64,000 nucleotides of DNA from Candidatus Cloacimonadales bacterium. Its GTDB lineage: Bacteria; Cloacimonadota; Cloacimonadia; Cloacimonadales; DAONDQ01. Under the pieces are notes generated by a model. The model searched no databases. It saw nothing but the letters and a program-made list of their open reading frames with translations, and was not told the DNA's origin. Location: NCBI GenBank assembly GCA_963662275.1, contig OY759316.1, positions 2,080,001-2,144,000 of the forward strand, given 5' to 3'. Positions 11,656-22,318 of this stretch are shown here, one piece after another; the first letter of the stretch is position 1, and every line of letters starts with the position of its first letter. The position numbers were made by a program, and so were the translations under genes.

Positions 11656-11802
11656 TAATTCTATTTATACTTATCCAGCTATTTTCAAACATCTTTATTG
11701 AATATAGGTGGTCATTCAGTAGTGATTTTTTCGGGCGCAGTATTGCATTATATTGTGTTTCAATTTTACCATTTTTTATGGAAAGAAATCACCACTTAAA
11801 AG

Positions 11803-11828
11803 AAAAAAGCCGTTCTTATGAACGGCTT
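11803..11828 (-). terminator. Terminator downstream of tRNA-Leu (possibly bidirectional)
   Basis: A tract followed by AAGCCGTTC-ttat-GAACGGCTT. Confidence 0.7.
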
Positions 11829-11834
11829 AATTTA

Positions 11835-11922
11835 TGGTGCCGGAGCGGGGACTCGAACCCCGATGAGCATATTGCTCACTAGAACCTGAATCTAGCGTGT
11901 CTACCAATTTCACCACTTCGGC
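11835..11922 (-). tRNA. tRNA-Leu (CAG)
   Basis: Reverse complement reads GCCGAAGTGGTGAAATTGGTAGACACG-CTAGA TTCAGGT TCTAG-...GGTTCGAGTCC...CGGCACCA. Confidence 0.96.
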
Positions 11923-12053
11923 AAGAAGTTGTTAAGCTATTTCTGTCTGGTTTCCCGTCAAGAAAAAAAACGTCTGTACTGCTTCTTGACAGTTTCTTTC
12001 GATACACGCTTTTGGTATTACGTCAGTATATAATGACCCCAAAGTGAGGTTCC

Positions 12054-12884
12054 ATGTTGACGCAACAATCTATTGGCATTTTTGATTCAGGTGTAGGCGG
12101 GTTGACTGTCTATCACGCTATAAGAAACGCTTTTCCACATGAAGATCTGGTCTATTTCGGTGATACTGCCAGAGTACCGTATGGTCCAAAATCAAAGAGA
12201 ACAGTGATCGACTATTCTATTCAAAATACACGTTTTCTATTGCAACAGCACGTAAAAATCATCGTAGTTGCGTGTAATACATCCTCTGCGGTCGCAATTG
12301 AAACTCTGAAAGAGATTACAGATATCCCTGTCATCGGTGTCATACTTCCCGGTGCTGAAGCAGCCGTAGCTGCAACACGTAATCACAGGATCGGTGTGAT
12401 TGGTACCTATGGTACGATTCGAAGCCAGGCTTATACCCAGGCAATTCTTAGCCTGATGCCTGAAGCCAAGGTCTTTTCACAGGCATGTCCGTTATTTGTT
12501 CCTCTTGCTGAAGAAGGATGGGAAGACCACATAGTAACGAAACAGATTGCTCAGGAGTATTTAAAAACTCTGCTAACAGAAGGGATTGACACACTAGTCC
12601 TGGGTTGTACGCATTATCCGATATTGAAGAGAGTCATACAGGATGTAGTTGGGACAAACATTATTCTTGTTGATAGCGCAGATGCCATTATTCCTCACCT
12701 TCTCCATGATTTGCCTGAACCAAGAACTGATGATATTGGAAAAGACACTTTTTTCGTAAGTGATAATGAGGCTCAATTCCTCAGCATAGCAAAACGGATA
12801 TTGGCAAATGAACCTAATTCTCTGCAAAAAGTTAGATTGGGTGAAAGCTGGTATATTGAGCAGAAGGTGACAGGTTCAGATTAG
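12054..12884 (+). CDS. murI: Glutamate racemase
   Basis: FDSGVGGL, PYGPKS, VACNTSS, LGCTHYP. Confidence 0.97.
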   Translation: MLTQQSIGIFDSGVGGLTVYHAIRNAFPHEDLVYFGDTARVPYGPKSKRTVIDYSIQNTRFLLQQHVKIIVVACNTSSAVAIETLKEITDIPVIGVILPGAEAAVAATRNHRIGVIGTYGTIRSQAYTQAILSLMPEAKVFSQACPLFVPLAEEGWEDHIVTKQIAQEYLKTLLTEGIDTLVLGCTHYPILKRVIQDVVGTNIILVDSADAIIPHLLHDLPEPRTDDIGKDTFFVSDNEAQFLSIAKRILANEPNSLQKVRLGESWYIEQKVTGSD

Positions 12885-13009
12885 GGAATAGGGAGTAGGG
12901 AGTAGGGTTCGTTGAGTGATAGTAGCACTGTTTTTAAACCATGGAAAAATTGTATAGAGATGAATTAACAGAAGGAGATAGGCTCATTGCAGAGGGATGA
13001 ACAGTCAGA

Positions 13010-13060
13010 TCTCCCTCCCTTTTGTAAGGGAGGGGTTGTGGGAGAGTTAGTTCTGCTCTG
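13010..13060. repeat. CCCTCCC-Nx-GGGAGGG REP-like palindrome, copy 1
   Basis: Close copies at 25150-25206 and 26448-26503. Confidence 0.8.
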
Positions 13061-13069
13061 AACCTTAAC

Positions 13070-13134
13070 CCTGTATGCTGTACGCTGTACCCTGTACGCT
13101 GTATCCTGTACGCTGTATGCTGTACGCTGTACCC
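13070..13134. repeat. Heptamer tandem array (CTGTAYS) x9
   Basis: ctgtatg ctgtacg ctgtacc ctgtacg ctgtatc ctgtacg ctgtatg ctgtacg ctgtacc. Confidence 0.95.
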
Positions 13135-13161
13135 TTCATAAATAACACAAAGGATTGATAA

Positions 13162-14754
13162 ATGGCTAAATACATCTTTGTTATGGGTGGTGTTCTTTCT
13201 TCTCTCGGGAAGGGGATTGCATCTGCTTCCATAGGCATGTTGCTGAAAAGAATGGGTTATACCGTAGGAATGCAGAAGTTAGATCCGTATTTAAATGTCG
13301 ATCCGGGAACAATGAGTCCATTTCAGCATGGTGAAGTATTTGTAACTGACGATGGGGCAGAGACGGACCTTGATTTAGGACATTACGAAAGATTCCTGGA
13401 CCAGTCGCTGGATAAATATTCCAGTTCATCAGCCGGACAAGTTTACGAAACTGTACTGATGAAGGAACGTCGAGGTGATTATCTTGGCAAGACTGTTCAG
13501 GTGATACCGCATGTGACAAATGAGATCAAGGAGAGAATCAAGAAATACGATGGACAATTTGATATTATCCTTACTGAAATAGGTGGAACGGTTGGTGATA
13601 TTGAGAGTCTTCCATTCTTGGAAGCTGTCCGTCAATTTCGTTTGGAAGCAGGAATCAAAAACTCCCTGTTCATTCTTTTGACATATGTCCCTTATATTAA
13701 AGCTGCCGGAGAATTGAAGACGAAACCTTCCCAGCATAGCGCTTATAAATTACGTGAAATCGGTATTCAGCCTGATATTTTGCTTTGCCGTTCTGAAAAG
13801 GCTTTTGATGAGGAAATTTATAATAAAATTGCTCTTTTCACAAACGTACCTAGAGACCATGTATTTAATGCAATTGATGTTAAATCCGTTTATGAAGTAC
13901 CTAATATGTTTCTTAAACAGGGCGTGCCAGGTATCATCTGCAAGCATTTCCATATTAAAAAAAGCAAACCTCTTCTTAAGGATTGGCTGCAGTTCAACTA
14001 TAATCAATCACATGCGAAGAAAGATATTACTATTGCTATATGCGGAAAATACGTTAAACACCAGGATGCTTATAAAAGCGTGGAAGAGTCCCTGATTCAT
14101 GCAGCAGCATTTCACAGTCTGAAACTCAAAATCAAGTGGGTTGATTCGGAAGATACTATTTCGTCTGCCAATATTGCTAAGGAATTAATGAATGTGGATG
14201 GAGTACTTATTCCCGGTGGATTTGGTATTCGTGGTATTGAAGGCAAAATCGCAATTGTTCAATATGCCAGGGAGAATGGCATTCCATTTTTTGGAATCTG
14301 CCTGGGTATGCAGGTTGCTGCCATTGAATTTGCCCGTAACATCTGTAATTTAGCAGGTGCAAATAGCACGGAATTCGATACTGAGACAAAACATCCTGTG
14401 ATAGCTCTAATGGAAGATCAACAGTATATTGAAAAAATGGGTGGGACAATGCGACTTGGTGCTTATCCATGTAAAATGGTGAAAGGCACTTTGGCTGAAA
14501 GAATCTATGGCAATCCGGAAATTAGTGAAAGACATCGCCATCGCTATGAAGTGAATAACCTATACAGAGATGCCTTGACGAAGAAGGGAATGGTGATCTG
14601 TGGAATTTCACCTGATGGTTTACTGGTAGAGATGATTGAGTTGCCAAATCATCCATTCTTTATTGGAGTTCAGTTTCATCCTGAATTCAAATCCAGACCT
14701 ACGAATCCACAACCTATCTTTGCTGCCTTTGTACAAGCTGCAAGTAAAGCATAA
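13162..14754 (+). CDS. pyrG: CTP synthase
   Basis: GGVLSSLGKG, DGAETDLDLGHYERF, GICLGMQ, QFHPEFKSRP. Confidence 0.99.
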   Translation: MAKYIFVMGGVLSSLGKGIASASIGMLLKRMGYTVGMQKLDPYLNVDPGTMSPFQHGEVFVTDDGAETDLDLGHYERFLDQSLDKYSSSSAGQVYETVLMKERRGDYLGKTVQVIPHVTNEIKERIKKYDGQFDIILTEIGGTVGDIESLPFLEAVRQFRLEAGIKNSLFILLTYVPYIKAAGELKTKPSQHSAYKLREIGIQPDILLCRSEKAFDEEIYNKIALFTNVPRDHVFNAIDVKSVYEVPNMFLKQGVPGIICKHFHIKKSKPLLKDWLQFNYNQSHAKKDITIAICGKYVKHQDAYKSVEESLIHAAAFHSLKLKIKWVDSEDTISSANIAKELMNVDGVLIPGGFGIRGIEGKIAIVQYARENGIPFFGICLGMQVAAIEFARNICNLAGANSTEFDTETKHPVIALMEDQQYIEKMGGTMRLGAYPCKMVKGTLAERIYGNPEISERHRHRYEVNNLYRDALTKKGMVICGISPDGLLVEMIELPNHPFFIGVQFHPEFKSRPTNPQPIFAAFVQAASKA

Positions 14755-14774
14755 CTCAGTTCCTGCTCTACTAA

Positions 14775-17030
14775 TTACCTTTTTCTTTGCTTATTTCCTC
14801 TATTTCCTGACTTAAAATTCTTATGCTTGCTCCTGGCTTTGAACTTATCCTTGGAGCGGAAGTTCTCATCGTTCACATTTCTGCCTGTATGTTCCGAATC
14901 ATGCTCTGTCATTACTTCTTTCAAAGCAAAATAGACATCATCTGTGACTTGGCTGACCTGCACCTTAACCCGATCAACTAATTGCAGGAAAACACCGGTA
15001 GAGTCGCCTAAAATGCGCAGGAATTGGTCATCTACATCAAAACTATCACCTTTCAAGGTTGCTGTAGGCAAGATACCATGAATAGGAAGCTGATCCAACT
15101 GGATGAAGATATTCGTATTGTTCAAGCCTGTAACGATGCCTGTGTATTCCTCTCCCACGTTCTTCTTCATATATTCAGTGATCATGAATCTCTCCACATC
15201 ACGTTCAGACTGATCTGCAATCAGTTCCTTATCAGAAGCGATAGTCGCCATCGTCTCCATTTCCTTTGTCGTGAAATCAACACGTTCTGTATGCAATATG
15301 ACTGTCTTTAACAAATGATGAATGACAAGATCGCATAAACGTCTAATCGGAGATGTAAAGTGGGTGTATGTTTCCATTGCCAGTCCGAAGTGGGGGAGAT
15401 GACTGGTAGAGTATTTCGCTTTTTTCATACTGCGTAAAACTATCTTATCAAATACTTTATGATAATCTTCGCTAGGCAGGGACAGCAGGAATTCCTGCAA
15501 GGTTTTATTCATCGTTTCTTGACGTTCAAAGGTCAGTCCATAATATTCTGATAAAGCTTCCAGTTTATCGATCTTTTCAGAATCAGGAAATTCATGAACA
15601 CGATACATTGTGGTTTTAGATTTCTCACTCAATTGCCAGGCTACATATTCATTGGCGATCAGCATAAAGTTCTCTATCAGCGTATGGGACTCTGTTTCAT
15701 AAGATAGATCCAGTCTACGAATCAGACCTTCATCATCATAGATGTATTCTGTTTCAGGAAGATCGAAGAACAAGTAACCCTGTTTTCTTCTCTTTTCTGA
15801 TAAAACCTTTGATAGGATACGCATTTCATGAAGAATATCTTGTACTGGTTGAGGAATGCTATTCTCCTGTCCGGCAAAGAGTTTATCCACTTCTTCATAA
15901 TTCAGACGAGAATCAGATTTAATGACGCTCTCACAGATTTCATGTTTGTAAATACGACCTTGCTTATCCATTTCCGCAATGACTGTCATGGTATATTTCT
16001 CTTCATCGGGACGCAGGCTGCACAGTTTGTTAGAAACCTGTTCAGGAAGCATGGGGATGACTTTCTTAGGAAAATAGTAGCTGTTCCCACGATTTAAGAC
16101 TTCCGTGAATAGGGGAGAGCCGGTTTTAACATAATGCGCCACATCTGCAATATGCACATAGAGTTTATAGCCCTGATCAGTTATCTCCAGAGAAATAGCG
16201 TCGTCGTAATCTTTTGCAGAGATGGGATCAATTGTGAAAGTCAATAAATTACGGAAATCGTGGCGTTTGGCAATCTCTTCCGCTGTAATCTCAACCGGTA
16301 ATGCATTGGCAGCATTGATCACTTCCACTGGAAATTCTAAGGGAAGGTCGTACTGTTTCATGATTCCCAACATCTCGATATCCGGATTACCGGCAGTTCC
16401 CAGGACTTCAATTACTTTACCTGCGGGAACCTTATTTGAAGCTCTGCTGCCCCAATTCGTGATAGCTATGATAACTTTATCTCCTACTCTTGCTGTTCCC
16501 TGGTCTGAAATCTCGAAATAGGTAGATATCCTTCGATTATCATTCACGAAAATGATCTTGCCTTGGTATTCAGTGATATTACCAACGAATTGATCACGAG
16601 CCCTTTTGAGGACATCTCTAATGATTCCGTACTGTTTGTTCTGCCTGCCATACTTGATTTCAACACGTACGATATCGTCATGAAAAGCATTGAGTGTATC
16701 TTCAGAGGAGACAAAATAATCACCATTCTCGGTGATCACAAAAGCATAGGATAGGTTCTTTGCTAAGGAAGTGGCGTCAAATCTGCCTTCAACGAACAAT
16801 TCTTTTTGTGTTGATTGCTCTTCAACAGGTTTTCCATCCGATAATCTATATTCACGATTCTTTAAGTGAATAGAACCATCTTTTATCATATCCTGTAAGG
16901 TTAACTTCAATATCTTTCCCTGGTGTCTTGGAAGCCTGACGTTTTCAGCAAGCTGCTCATAAGTAAAACCATATTCAGGTTTTGTGTTCATAAACTCTAG
17001 TATTTGGTATTTGTAAATCTTGTTGTCCAT
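14775..17030 (-). CDS. rnr: Ribonuclease R (RNB family)
   Basis: TIDPISAKDYDDAIS, HFGLA...YTHFTSPIRR, S1 domain and basic tail. Confidence 0.93.
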   Translation of the reverse strand: MDNKIYKYQILEFMNTKPEYGFTYEQLAENVRLPRHQGKILKLTLQDMIKDGSIHLKNREYRLSDGKPVEEQSTQKELFVEGRFDATSLAKNLSYAFVITENGDYFVSSEDTLNAFHDDIVRVEIKYGRQNKQYGIIRDVLKRARDQFVGNITEYQGKIIFVNDNRRISTYFEISDQGTARVGDKVIIAITNWGSRASNKVPAGKVIEVLGTAGNPDIEMLGIMKQYDLPLEFPVEVINAANALPVEITAEEIAKRHDFRNLLTFTIDPISAKDYDDAISLEITDQGYKLYVHIADVAHYVKTGSPLFTEVLNRGNSYYFPKKVIPMLPEQVSNKLCSLRPDEEKYTMTVIAEMDKQGRIYKHEICESVIKSDSRLNYEEVDKLFAGQENSIPQPVQDILHEMRILSKVLSEKRRKQGYLFFDLPETEYIYDDEGLIRRLDLSYETESHTLIENFMLIANEYVAWQLSEKSKTTMYRVHEFPDSEKIDKLEALSEYYGLTFERQETMNKTLQEFLLSLPSEDYHKVFDKIVLRSMKKAKYSTSHLPHFGLAMETYTHFTSPIRRLCDLVIHHLLKTVILHTERVDFTTKEMETMATIASDKELIADQSERDVERFMITEYMKKNVGEEYTGIVTGLNNTNIFIQLDQLPIHGILPTATLKGDSFDVDDQFLRILGDSTGVFLQLVDRVKVQVSQVTDDVYFALKEVMTEHDSEHTGRNVNDENFRSKDKFKARSKHKNFKSGNRGNKQRKR

Positions 17031-17032
17031 AA

Positions 17033-17470
17033 TTAGTACTTTTTTCCTATTTTTTCTTGTAGTAGTTCTGTTAATTCGGGTAATTCCGCTCGTGTCTTAG
17101 AAAATCTTAAAGACTGACCACGAAAGGGATCAAGACGACGAGGTATCTTGAATGTGCTTAACATGATACCATTCTTATCGGCATAAAAACATCCGAAATC
17201 AGAGTATTTTCGTTGAATCCTGATGAACCAGTAAAATACAATGAAATGGTCTTCAAAGAACAGATAACGTGTCACGATAAAATATGGCATCAGATTACCA
17301 ATAACCAGCCCCATACCAAAGTAATAAAAGAATGGTGTATTCCATCTTACAATCGCTGTTCGCCATAATATAATATTCAGTAAGAGAAGGAACAAGACCA
17401 ATAGGGAAGAGGTGACAGGTTTTTCTAAAAACGGGTGAGAGTGCCATTCTAATATGGGCTTACTCAACAT
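17033..17470 (-). CDS. Hypothetical membrane protein
   Basis: Two hydrophobic segments; tightly coupled between yicC-like gene and rnr. Confidence 0.7.
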   Translation of the reverse strand: MLSKPILEWHSHPFLEKPVTSSLLVLFLLLLNIILWRTAIVRWNTPFFYYFGMGLVIGNLMPYFIVTRYLFFEDHFIVFYWFIRIQRKYSDFGCFYADKNGIMLSTFKIPRRLDPFRGQSLRFSKTRAELPELTELLQEKIGKKY

Positions 17471-18341
17471 TCTGAACCATCTCCCTAATCTTCTCGATTT
17501 CTTCCTTTATGATGAGAACATCCTGGAATGAATCCGGTGTGCTGTACTTCGAACCAAGTGTATTCCCTTCTCGATGCATTTCCTGTATGATAAAATTCAA
17601 CGTCTTACCGGTTTCCTCTGAATTATTACTATTAAGAATTGCCTGGAATCTCTTAATGTGGTCTTCCAAGCGCATCAACTCTTCATGAATGTCTGCTTTA
17701 TCTATGTAGATTGCTGTTTCCATGAGCAACCTCTTCTCATTCTCTTCCGTCAAGTGCTCTTTCAGTAATTCCTGGATACGTGTTTTGTACTTTTCATATA
17801 ATGTGGATTTGTATGCTTCAAATGCAAGATTAACATTTTTTGAAGAAACCTGAATCTTTTCCAGTGAATCTGATAAAACAGCACACATACCTCTTCCTTC
17901 TGACAATGCCATCTCTTCCTGCTTCTGAATAGCTTCATTAAGGCATTTGATATAACCTGTCTTGAATTCCTGGTTATCTAGTGATTCTGTGTTGATGATT
18001 AGTACACCAGGCTCATCCAGAACTTTGTCAATGGATATTTCCTGTTCAGTTTTCAACATTACTTTAACCTTCTGGAATAGATCCCAATAGGTTTTAAGCT
18101 TGTTCTCATCCATTTCAATCTGAGGTATTCTCCTGTCACGCAGATTAACACGCACGTCTATAAAACCTCTTTTTATCGTCTCTCGAAGTGTATTCCTGGT
18201 AGTGATTTCCATAAAATTGAGTTCGCGGGGTAAATATAGCTTTAAATCGAAGAATCTAGAGTTAACAGATTTTAATTCTATATCCAAATCCATTTCTTGG
18301 ATAATTATACTTGATTTTCCATATCCCGTCATACTCTTCAT
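17460..18341 (-). CDS. YicC/YloC family endoribonuclease
   Basis: MKSMTGYG, ELKSVNSRFFD, QEMHREGNTLGSK, EKIREMVQNVE. Confidence 0.93.
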   Translation of the reverse strand: MKSMTGYGKSSIIIQEMDLDIELKSVNSRFFDLKLYLPRELNFMEITTRNTLRETIKRGFIDVRVNLRDRRIPQIEMDENKLKTYWDLFQKVKVMLKTEQEISIDKVLDEPGVLIINTESLDNQEFKTGYIKCLNEAIQKQEEMALSEGRGMCAVLSDSLEKIQVSSKNVNLAFEAYKSTLYEKYKTRIQELLKEHLTEENEKRLLMETAIYIDKADIHEELMRLEDHIKRFQAILNSNNSEETGKTLNFIIQEMHREGNTLGSKYSTPDSFQDVLIIKEEIEKIREMVQNVE

Positions 18342-18709
18342 TAGGATGATCTCCTTTGTCTAATTCAATTTGAAAAGAGGTATGATTGATTTTATTTTAC
18401 CTTGCTATACTGACAAGTTAATTCTTTCCACACAAAAACCAAAAGACTTTGTTTTTCAATTCACGAACTAACCAAAATACAATTTACAGAGTGTGCTCAA
18501 ATAAAAATTGTGGGAAGAGAAAAACGATAGGTGGTAGTAGGGAAGAACCAGGTAAGCATCTTAACTGCATAAAGTTAGACTGATTCATGCTAGTTTACAT
18601 AATGATGATTATATCGTGTATCGCAAAGGTCTTTGAAGAGAGGGATTGCAGCGTTTATTAAAAGAAACGAAATCACAGGACAAACTCATTTGTTAGGCTA
18701 CAGAGCAAA

Positions 18710-20107
18710 TTATCTTAGACTCTCAATTTCTTGCAAGAATAATTCTTCCTGTTTTTCAGATTGCCATTTCCAGAACACGTCACCTGAAATAACGGGGATG
18801 TTCTTCTTTCTGCAGAATCTGACAAGCGGTGTTTCGGTTTTTGAGTATGGAAGATCGATCACATTGTCAAAATGAAGATTTTGTAAAAGCGTGTTATCAG
18901 GAACACCTTTCATGCCTAAAGGGGTACAATTTATTAGCAAACTCCATTTTCCATCATTTAAAGCGTTTTTAGATACCTGGGATACATGATATACGTCTGA
19001 GAGTTCTTTTTGCCGCTTTTCATTCCTGCCATAGATACATATATTCGGGTAACCTGACATGATGGAAAGAGCCATTTCAGCCATTGCGCCTGTGCCAAAG
19101 ATCAATACTGATGCACCTTTGATGAAGTTTAGGAACAACAATGAACGTCTGAATGCTATTTCATCGTTATTAATTGCTCGATATTCATAATTTGCTTCAT
19201 TTTTCCCTGGTAAGAAACAATTGGCAATTTTGGTTTCAGAATTAATTGACTCGGTTATGCTTTTCTTCCATGGCATTGTAATTGAGAAGCCATAAAAGGA
19301 TATAAATTTGGATGAAGCTGTAAACCATTTCCAGAAATCATCCCAATCAGTAACTTGGAATGGCAGATATGCTGCAGGATAACTCTTTTGTCGAAAAACT
19401 TGACTATAGTAAGTTAGTCCTTTAGAATTCCAGACCTGTTCTCCACCAATAATACCACCTATATGATAAGCTGCATTGATGGATCTCAATCCAAAGATTT
19501 GGCTTTCTTCATAAGTTAATTGACCTAAAGCTGTTTCTTGACCTTGAATGCCAATATAAGTGCCCACCGAACCAAGATGTGTGTATAACATTCTTGCCAG
19601 CTTACCTAGTTTTCCCAGTCCTGCGAATAATACAGGTTTATTGGATAGACTTAATTCCGTATGCAAAATAGTCAACTGAGAATAAGTATTTACCTCAATA
19701 GCCAATTTCAAGTAATGTGCTGGAAGTCTGTTAGATAGCTCAACGATCTCATGTAATACTTGATATGCATTCTCATTATTTTTCGCATGCCAGGAAAGAA
19801 TTAATCTCTCGGGATTCAGTGAATGATCTTCTTTCAAATAATGGAAGATTTCATCATCTACAAGCGCTTCTGAGTATCGGAGTACATTCTTGTATAGTTG
19901 AAGCTTTTCCATTCGTGTAAAGCTATGAATACCACCTTCAGTTGAATCTCTAATGGTTACAATTGTTTTCGGAGTCAATGAAGAGACATCAAAGTCACCT
20001 AAATGTGTTCCATAATCAAGACGGTATTCGATAAAATCTGTATCTTTATTAATTGATTGAACTATTGGATCATCTTTTAATGAATAGGGAATAGACAGTA
20101 TGATCAT
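18710..20107 (-). CDS. Type I dehydroquinate dehydratase / shikimate dehydrogenase fusion (AroD-AroE-like)
   Basis: N-terminal IEYRLD, TIRDSTEGG, ILSWH, LKLA, TALGQ; C-terminal ITMPWK, GTGAMA, INCTPLGM, DLPY; ATG 20107 overlaps aroC stop. Confidence 0.8.
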   Translation of the reverse strand: MIILSIPYSLKDDPIVQSINKDTDFIEYRLDYGTHLGDFDVSSLTPKTIVTIRDSTEGGIHSFTRMEKLQLYKNVLRYSEALVDDEIFHYLKEDHSLNPERLILSWHAKNNENAYQVLHEIVELSNRLPAHYLKLAIEVNTYSQLTILHTELSLSNKPVLFAGLGKLGKLARMLYTHLGSVGTYIGIQGQETALGQLTYEESQIFGLRSINAAYHIGGIIGGEQVWNSKGLTYYSQVFRQKSYPAAYLPFQVTDWDDFWKWFTASSKFISFYGFSITMPWKKSITESINSETKIANCFLPGKNEANYEYRAINNDEIAFRRSLLFLNFIKGASVLIFGTGAMAEMALSIMSGYPNICIYGRNEKRQKELSDVYHVSQVSKNALNDGKWSLLINCTPLGMKGVPDNTLLQNLHFDNVIDLPYSKTETPLVRFCRKKNIPVISGDVFWKWQSEKQEELFLQEIESLR

Positions 20108-21402
20108 TCTTTCTTTCCCATGTTTATAATCTGGAACCAGATTGCGTCTATTTTTCCAGCCCCTATCCCCCACTCTTCACCAATTTTATGAAGCCTGCCT
20201 AAGAGGTCTCTTTCCCGATCTTTATCTTCAAGAGGAACATTACTGTGTAATTTATATTCTCTAATTTTCTTTACAATCTCAAAACGTCGAAACAAAGCTA
20301 ACAGGATATCTTCATCGATTTTATCGATAGCTTCTCTGTAATCCGATAAGGATTGTTTTTCCTGTTTGATAAGCTTTTGGAACGCTAGTGCATCAGCTAA
20401 AACGAGTTTGATCATCGCTTCTGCCACAGGGATAACACGTGGAGCGATACAGACATCAAATCTGCCTTCCATGCTGATCTTTGAAGATTTACCCAGATGA
20501 TTGACCGTTTCTTGAGGCATATGAATAGATGGAGTAGGTTTTACCGCATAACGCAATGTGATTTGCTGACCTGTAGAAATGCCACCGAGGATTCCACCCA
20601 TGTGATTACTGCTAAAACCATTCTCATTCATCATATCGTTGCTTTGATTACCTGTCATAGAGCAAAGAGCAAATCCATCACCGAATTCAATACCTTTCAC
20701 TCCTCCAATGGATAGAATCGCTTTTGCCAGATTAGCATCAAGTTTCTCAAATACAGGATCACCCAATCCGCATACCAGGTTATCAATTCTCACTTCAACA
20801 ACTGCCCCGACTGAATTGCCTTTCGCAAGTAATTGCTGCAAGTAGTTCTCAACTTCATGAAGTGAATTAGAATCAGCCCAATAGAATGGGTTGTCTTCGT
20901 AGATAGCGTTTGATGTAGCCATAAAATGCCCTATTTGAATCATTTTGGATGAGATTTGAATATTACCCAATATATCAGAAACCAATCCTGATGCAGTAAC
21001 ACGTGCTACAGTCTCACGACCGCTTGCTCTGCCACCACCACGATAATCAAAAATCTTGTACTTTTGAAAATATGTATAATCAGCGTGACCGGGACGGAAT
21101 AGCTCTTTTAGGATGGTATAATCTTCACTACGGGCATCAGTGTTGTAAACAACAAGACAGATCGGCATACCGGTGGTCTTACCTTCAAAAACACCGGATA
21201 AGATATGTATCTTATCTTCTTCCTTCCTAGCTGATGATGAGATGGATTGATTTGGTCTACGTTTATCAAGAAGAGCTTGAATTTCCTGCAAAGGAAAATC
21301 CATACCCGGTACAACATCTTCAATAACTACACCAACAGCAGGTCCATGACTCTCACCGAAAGTGGTTATACCAAAGAATTTACCAAATGAATTTCCGTTC
21401 AT
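20104..21402 (-). CDS. aroC: Chorismate synthase with C-terminal AroQ-type chorismate mutase domain
   Basis: GESHGP, RPGHAD, GGGRASGRET, GGILGGIS, KPTPSI; tail YREAIDKIDEDILLALFRR...K...DKDRE. Confidence 0.92.
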   Translation of the reverse strand: MNGNSFGKFFGITTFGESHGPAVGVVIEDVVPGMDFPLQEIQALLDKRRPNQSISSSARKEEDKIHILSGVFEGKTTGMPICLVVYNTDARSEDYTILKELFRPGHADYTYFQKYKIFDYRGGGRASGRETVARVTASGLVSDILGNIQISSKMIQIGHFMATSNAIYEDNPFYWADSNSLHEVENYLQQLLAKGNSVGAVVEVRIDNLVCGLGDPVFEKLDANLAKAILSIGGVKGIEFGDGFALCSMTGNQSNDMMNENGFSSNHMGGILGGISTGQQITLRYAVKPTPSIHMPQETVNHLGKSSKISMEGRFDVCIAPRVIPVAEAMIKLVLADALAFQKLIKQEKQSLSDYREAIDKIDEDILLALFRRFEIVKKIREYKLHSNVPLEDKDRERDLLGRLHKIGEEWGIGAGKIDAIWFQIINMGKKE

Positions 21403-22283
21403 GTAAATAAGCAGTTAAATGGAGCTAGTAGATTGTCCTCAAACAACTGGATATGCTCTTTGCTGGCATCTCTCAATTCCTGGAAATGCTTCACAAGATT
21501 CAATTCAGATTCAATGTGTTCAAGTCGAGTTTGTAATATCTCCCTGATGTCATCAAAGGGAAGCAGCTTTGACTCATGCCTTCCGATTAACATCAGGATA
21601 TGATATCCCATTGGAGAAGGAAAGGGATTGCTGATTTCGTTCAATTTCAAGCTAAAAGCCACATCATCCATTTCCTTCATTAGTTTATCACGATAGAAGA
21701 ATCCCAGGTCACCACATTTCTTAGAACTTGGGCAATCGGAATATTCCTTGGAAGCTTTAATAAAATCGTCTAGAGTATGTATGTTTTTTCGTATCATTTC
21801 AGCTTTCTCACGGGATTCTTCCGATACTCCCTCGATGAGAATATGTTTACAATCCACTTCTTCCTGGGTCATGAACAGTTCTTGGTTATCCAGGTAAAAC
21901 TGCTTCAGTTTGGATTCAGGAATTTCTACAGGTATTTGTTGAAATTTCTGAATATGCTTTCGCAGGAGAATTTTATTCCTAACAATTTCTCTCAGATCTT
22001 TTTCCAGGAAGCGATTTTTTAACAACATCGCATCAAAATCATCTTCAGTGTCGAATTCGTTGATGAAATCAAACAGCTCAGAATCATATTCCTCAGGTGT
22101 TATGACAATATTTTCATCGGCAGCTTCATGAAGAAGGAGATAGCGATCAATAACAACTTTGAGTGCTTTTTTCTGTAAGGTGCAGATCATGAAATTATCA
22201 ACGATTTTACTTAATTGGTCTAATTCACGCATAAATTCACTTCTGCGTATCTCATGTCCATAGACTTTGGCGACAACATCCAT
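21399..22283 (-). CDS. Parvulin-type peptidyl-prolyl isomerase (SurA/PrsA-like)
   Basis: KHILI, SDCPSSKKCGDLGFF, SPMGYHIL; GAGG RBS before ATG 22283. Confidence 0.88.
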   Translation of the reverse strand: MDVVAKVYGHEIRRSEFMRELDQLSKIVDNFMICTLQKKALKVVIDRYLLLHEAADENIVITPEEYDSELFDFINEFDTEDDFDAMLLKNRFLEKDLREIVRNKILLRKHIQKFQQIPVEIPESKLKQFYLDNQELFMTQEEVDCKHILIEGVSEESREKAEMIRKNIHTLDDFIKASKEYSDCPSSKKCGDLGFFYRDKLMKEMDDVAFSLKLNEISNPFPSPMGYHILMLIGRHESKLLPFDDIREILQTRLEHIESELNLVKHFQELRDASKEHIQLFEDNLLAPFNCLFT

Positions 22284-22318
22284 GCTAAACCTCAATTCTC
22301 AATTTGTATTTGTTGATC

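Noticed and set aside
11566..11922. tRNA-anchored integrated island
   Set aside because: No duplicated tRNA 3' end elsewhere in the window and no adjacent integrase.
12941..12990. GxxExxY-like gene start remnant (MEKLYRDELTE)
   Set aside because: Too short to tell from chance; no GxxExxY motif follows.
18342..18709. Replication origin or ncRNA in the long yicC-aroDE spacer
   Set aside because: No cluster of TTATCCACA DnaA boxes and no recognisable RNA motif.
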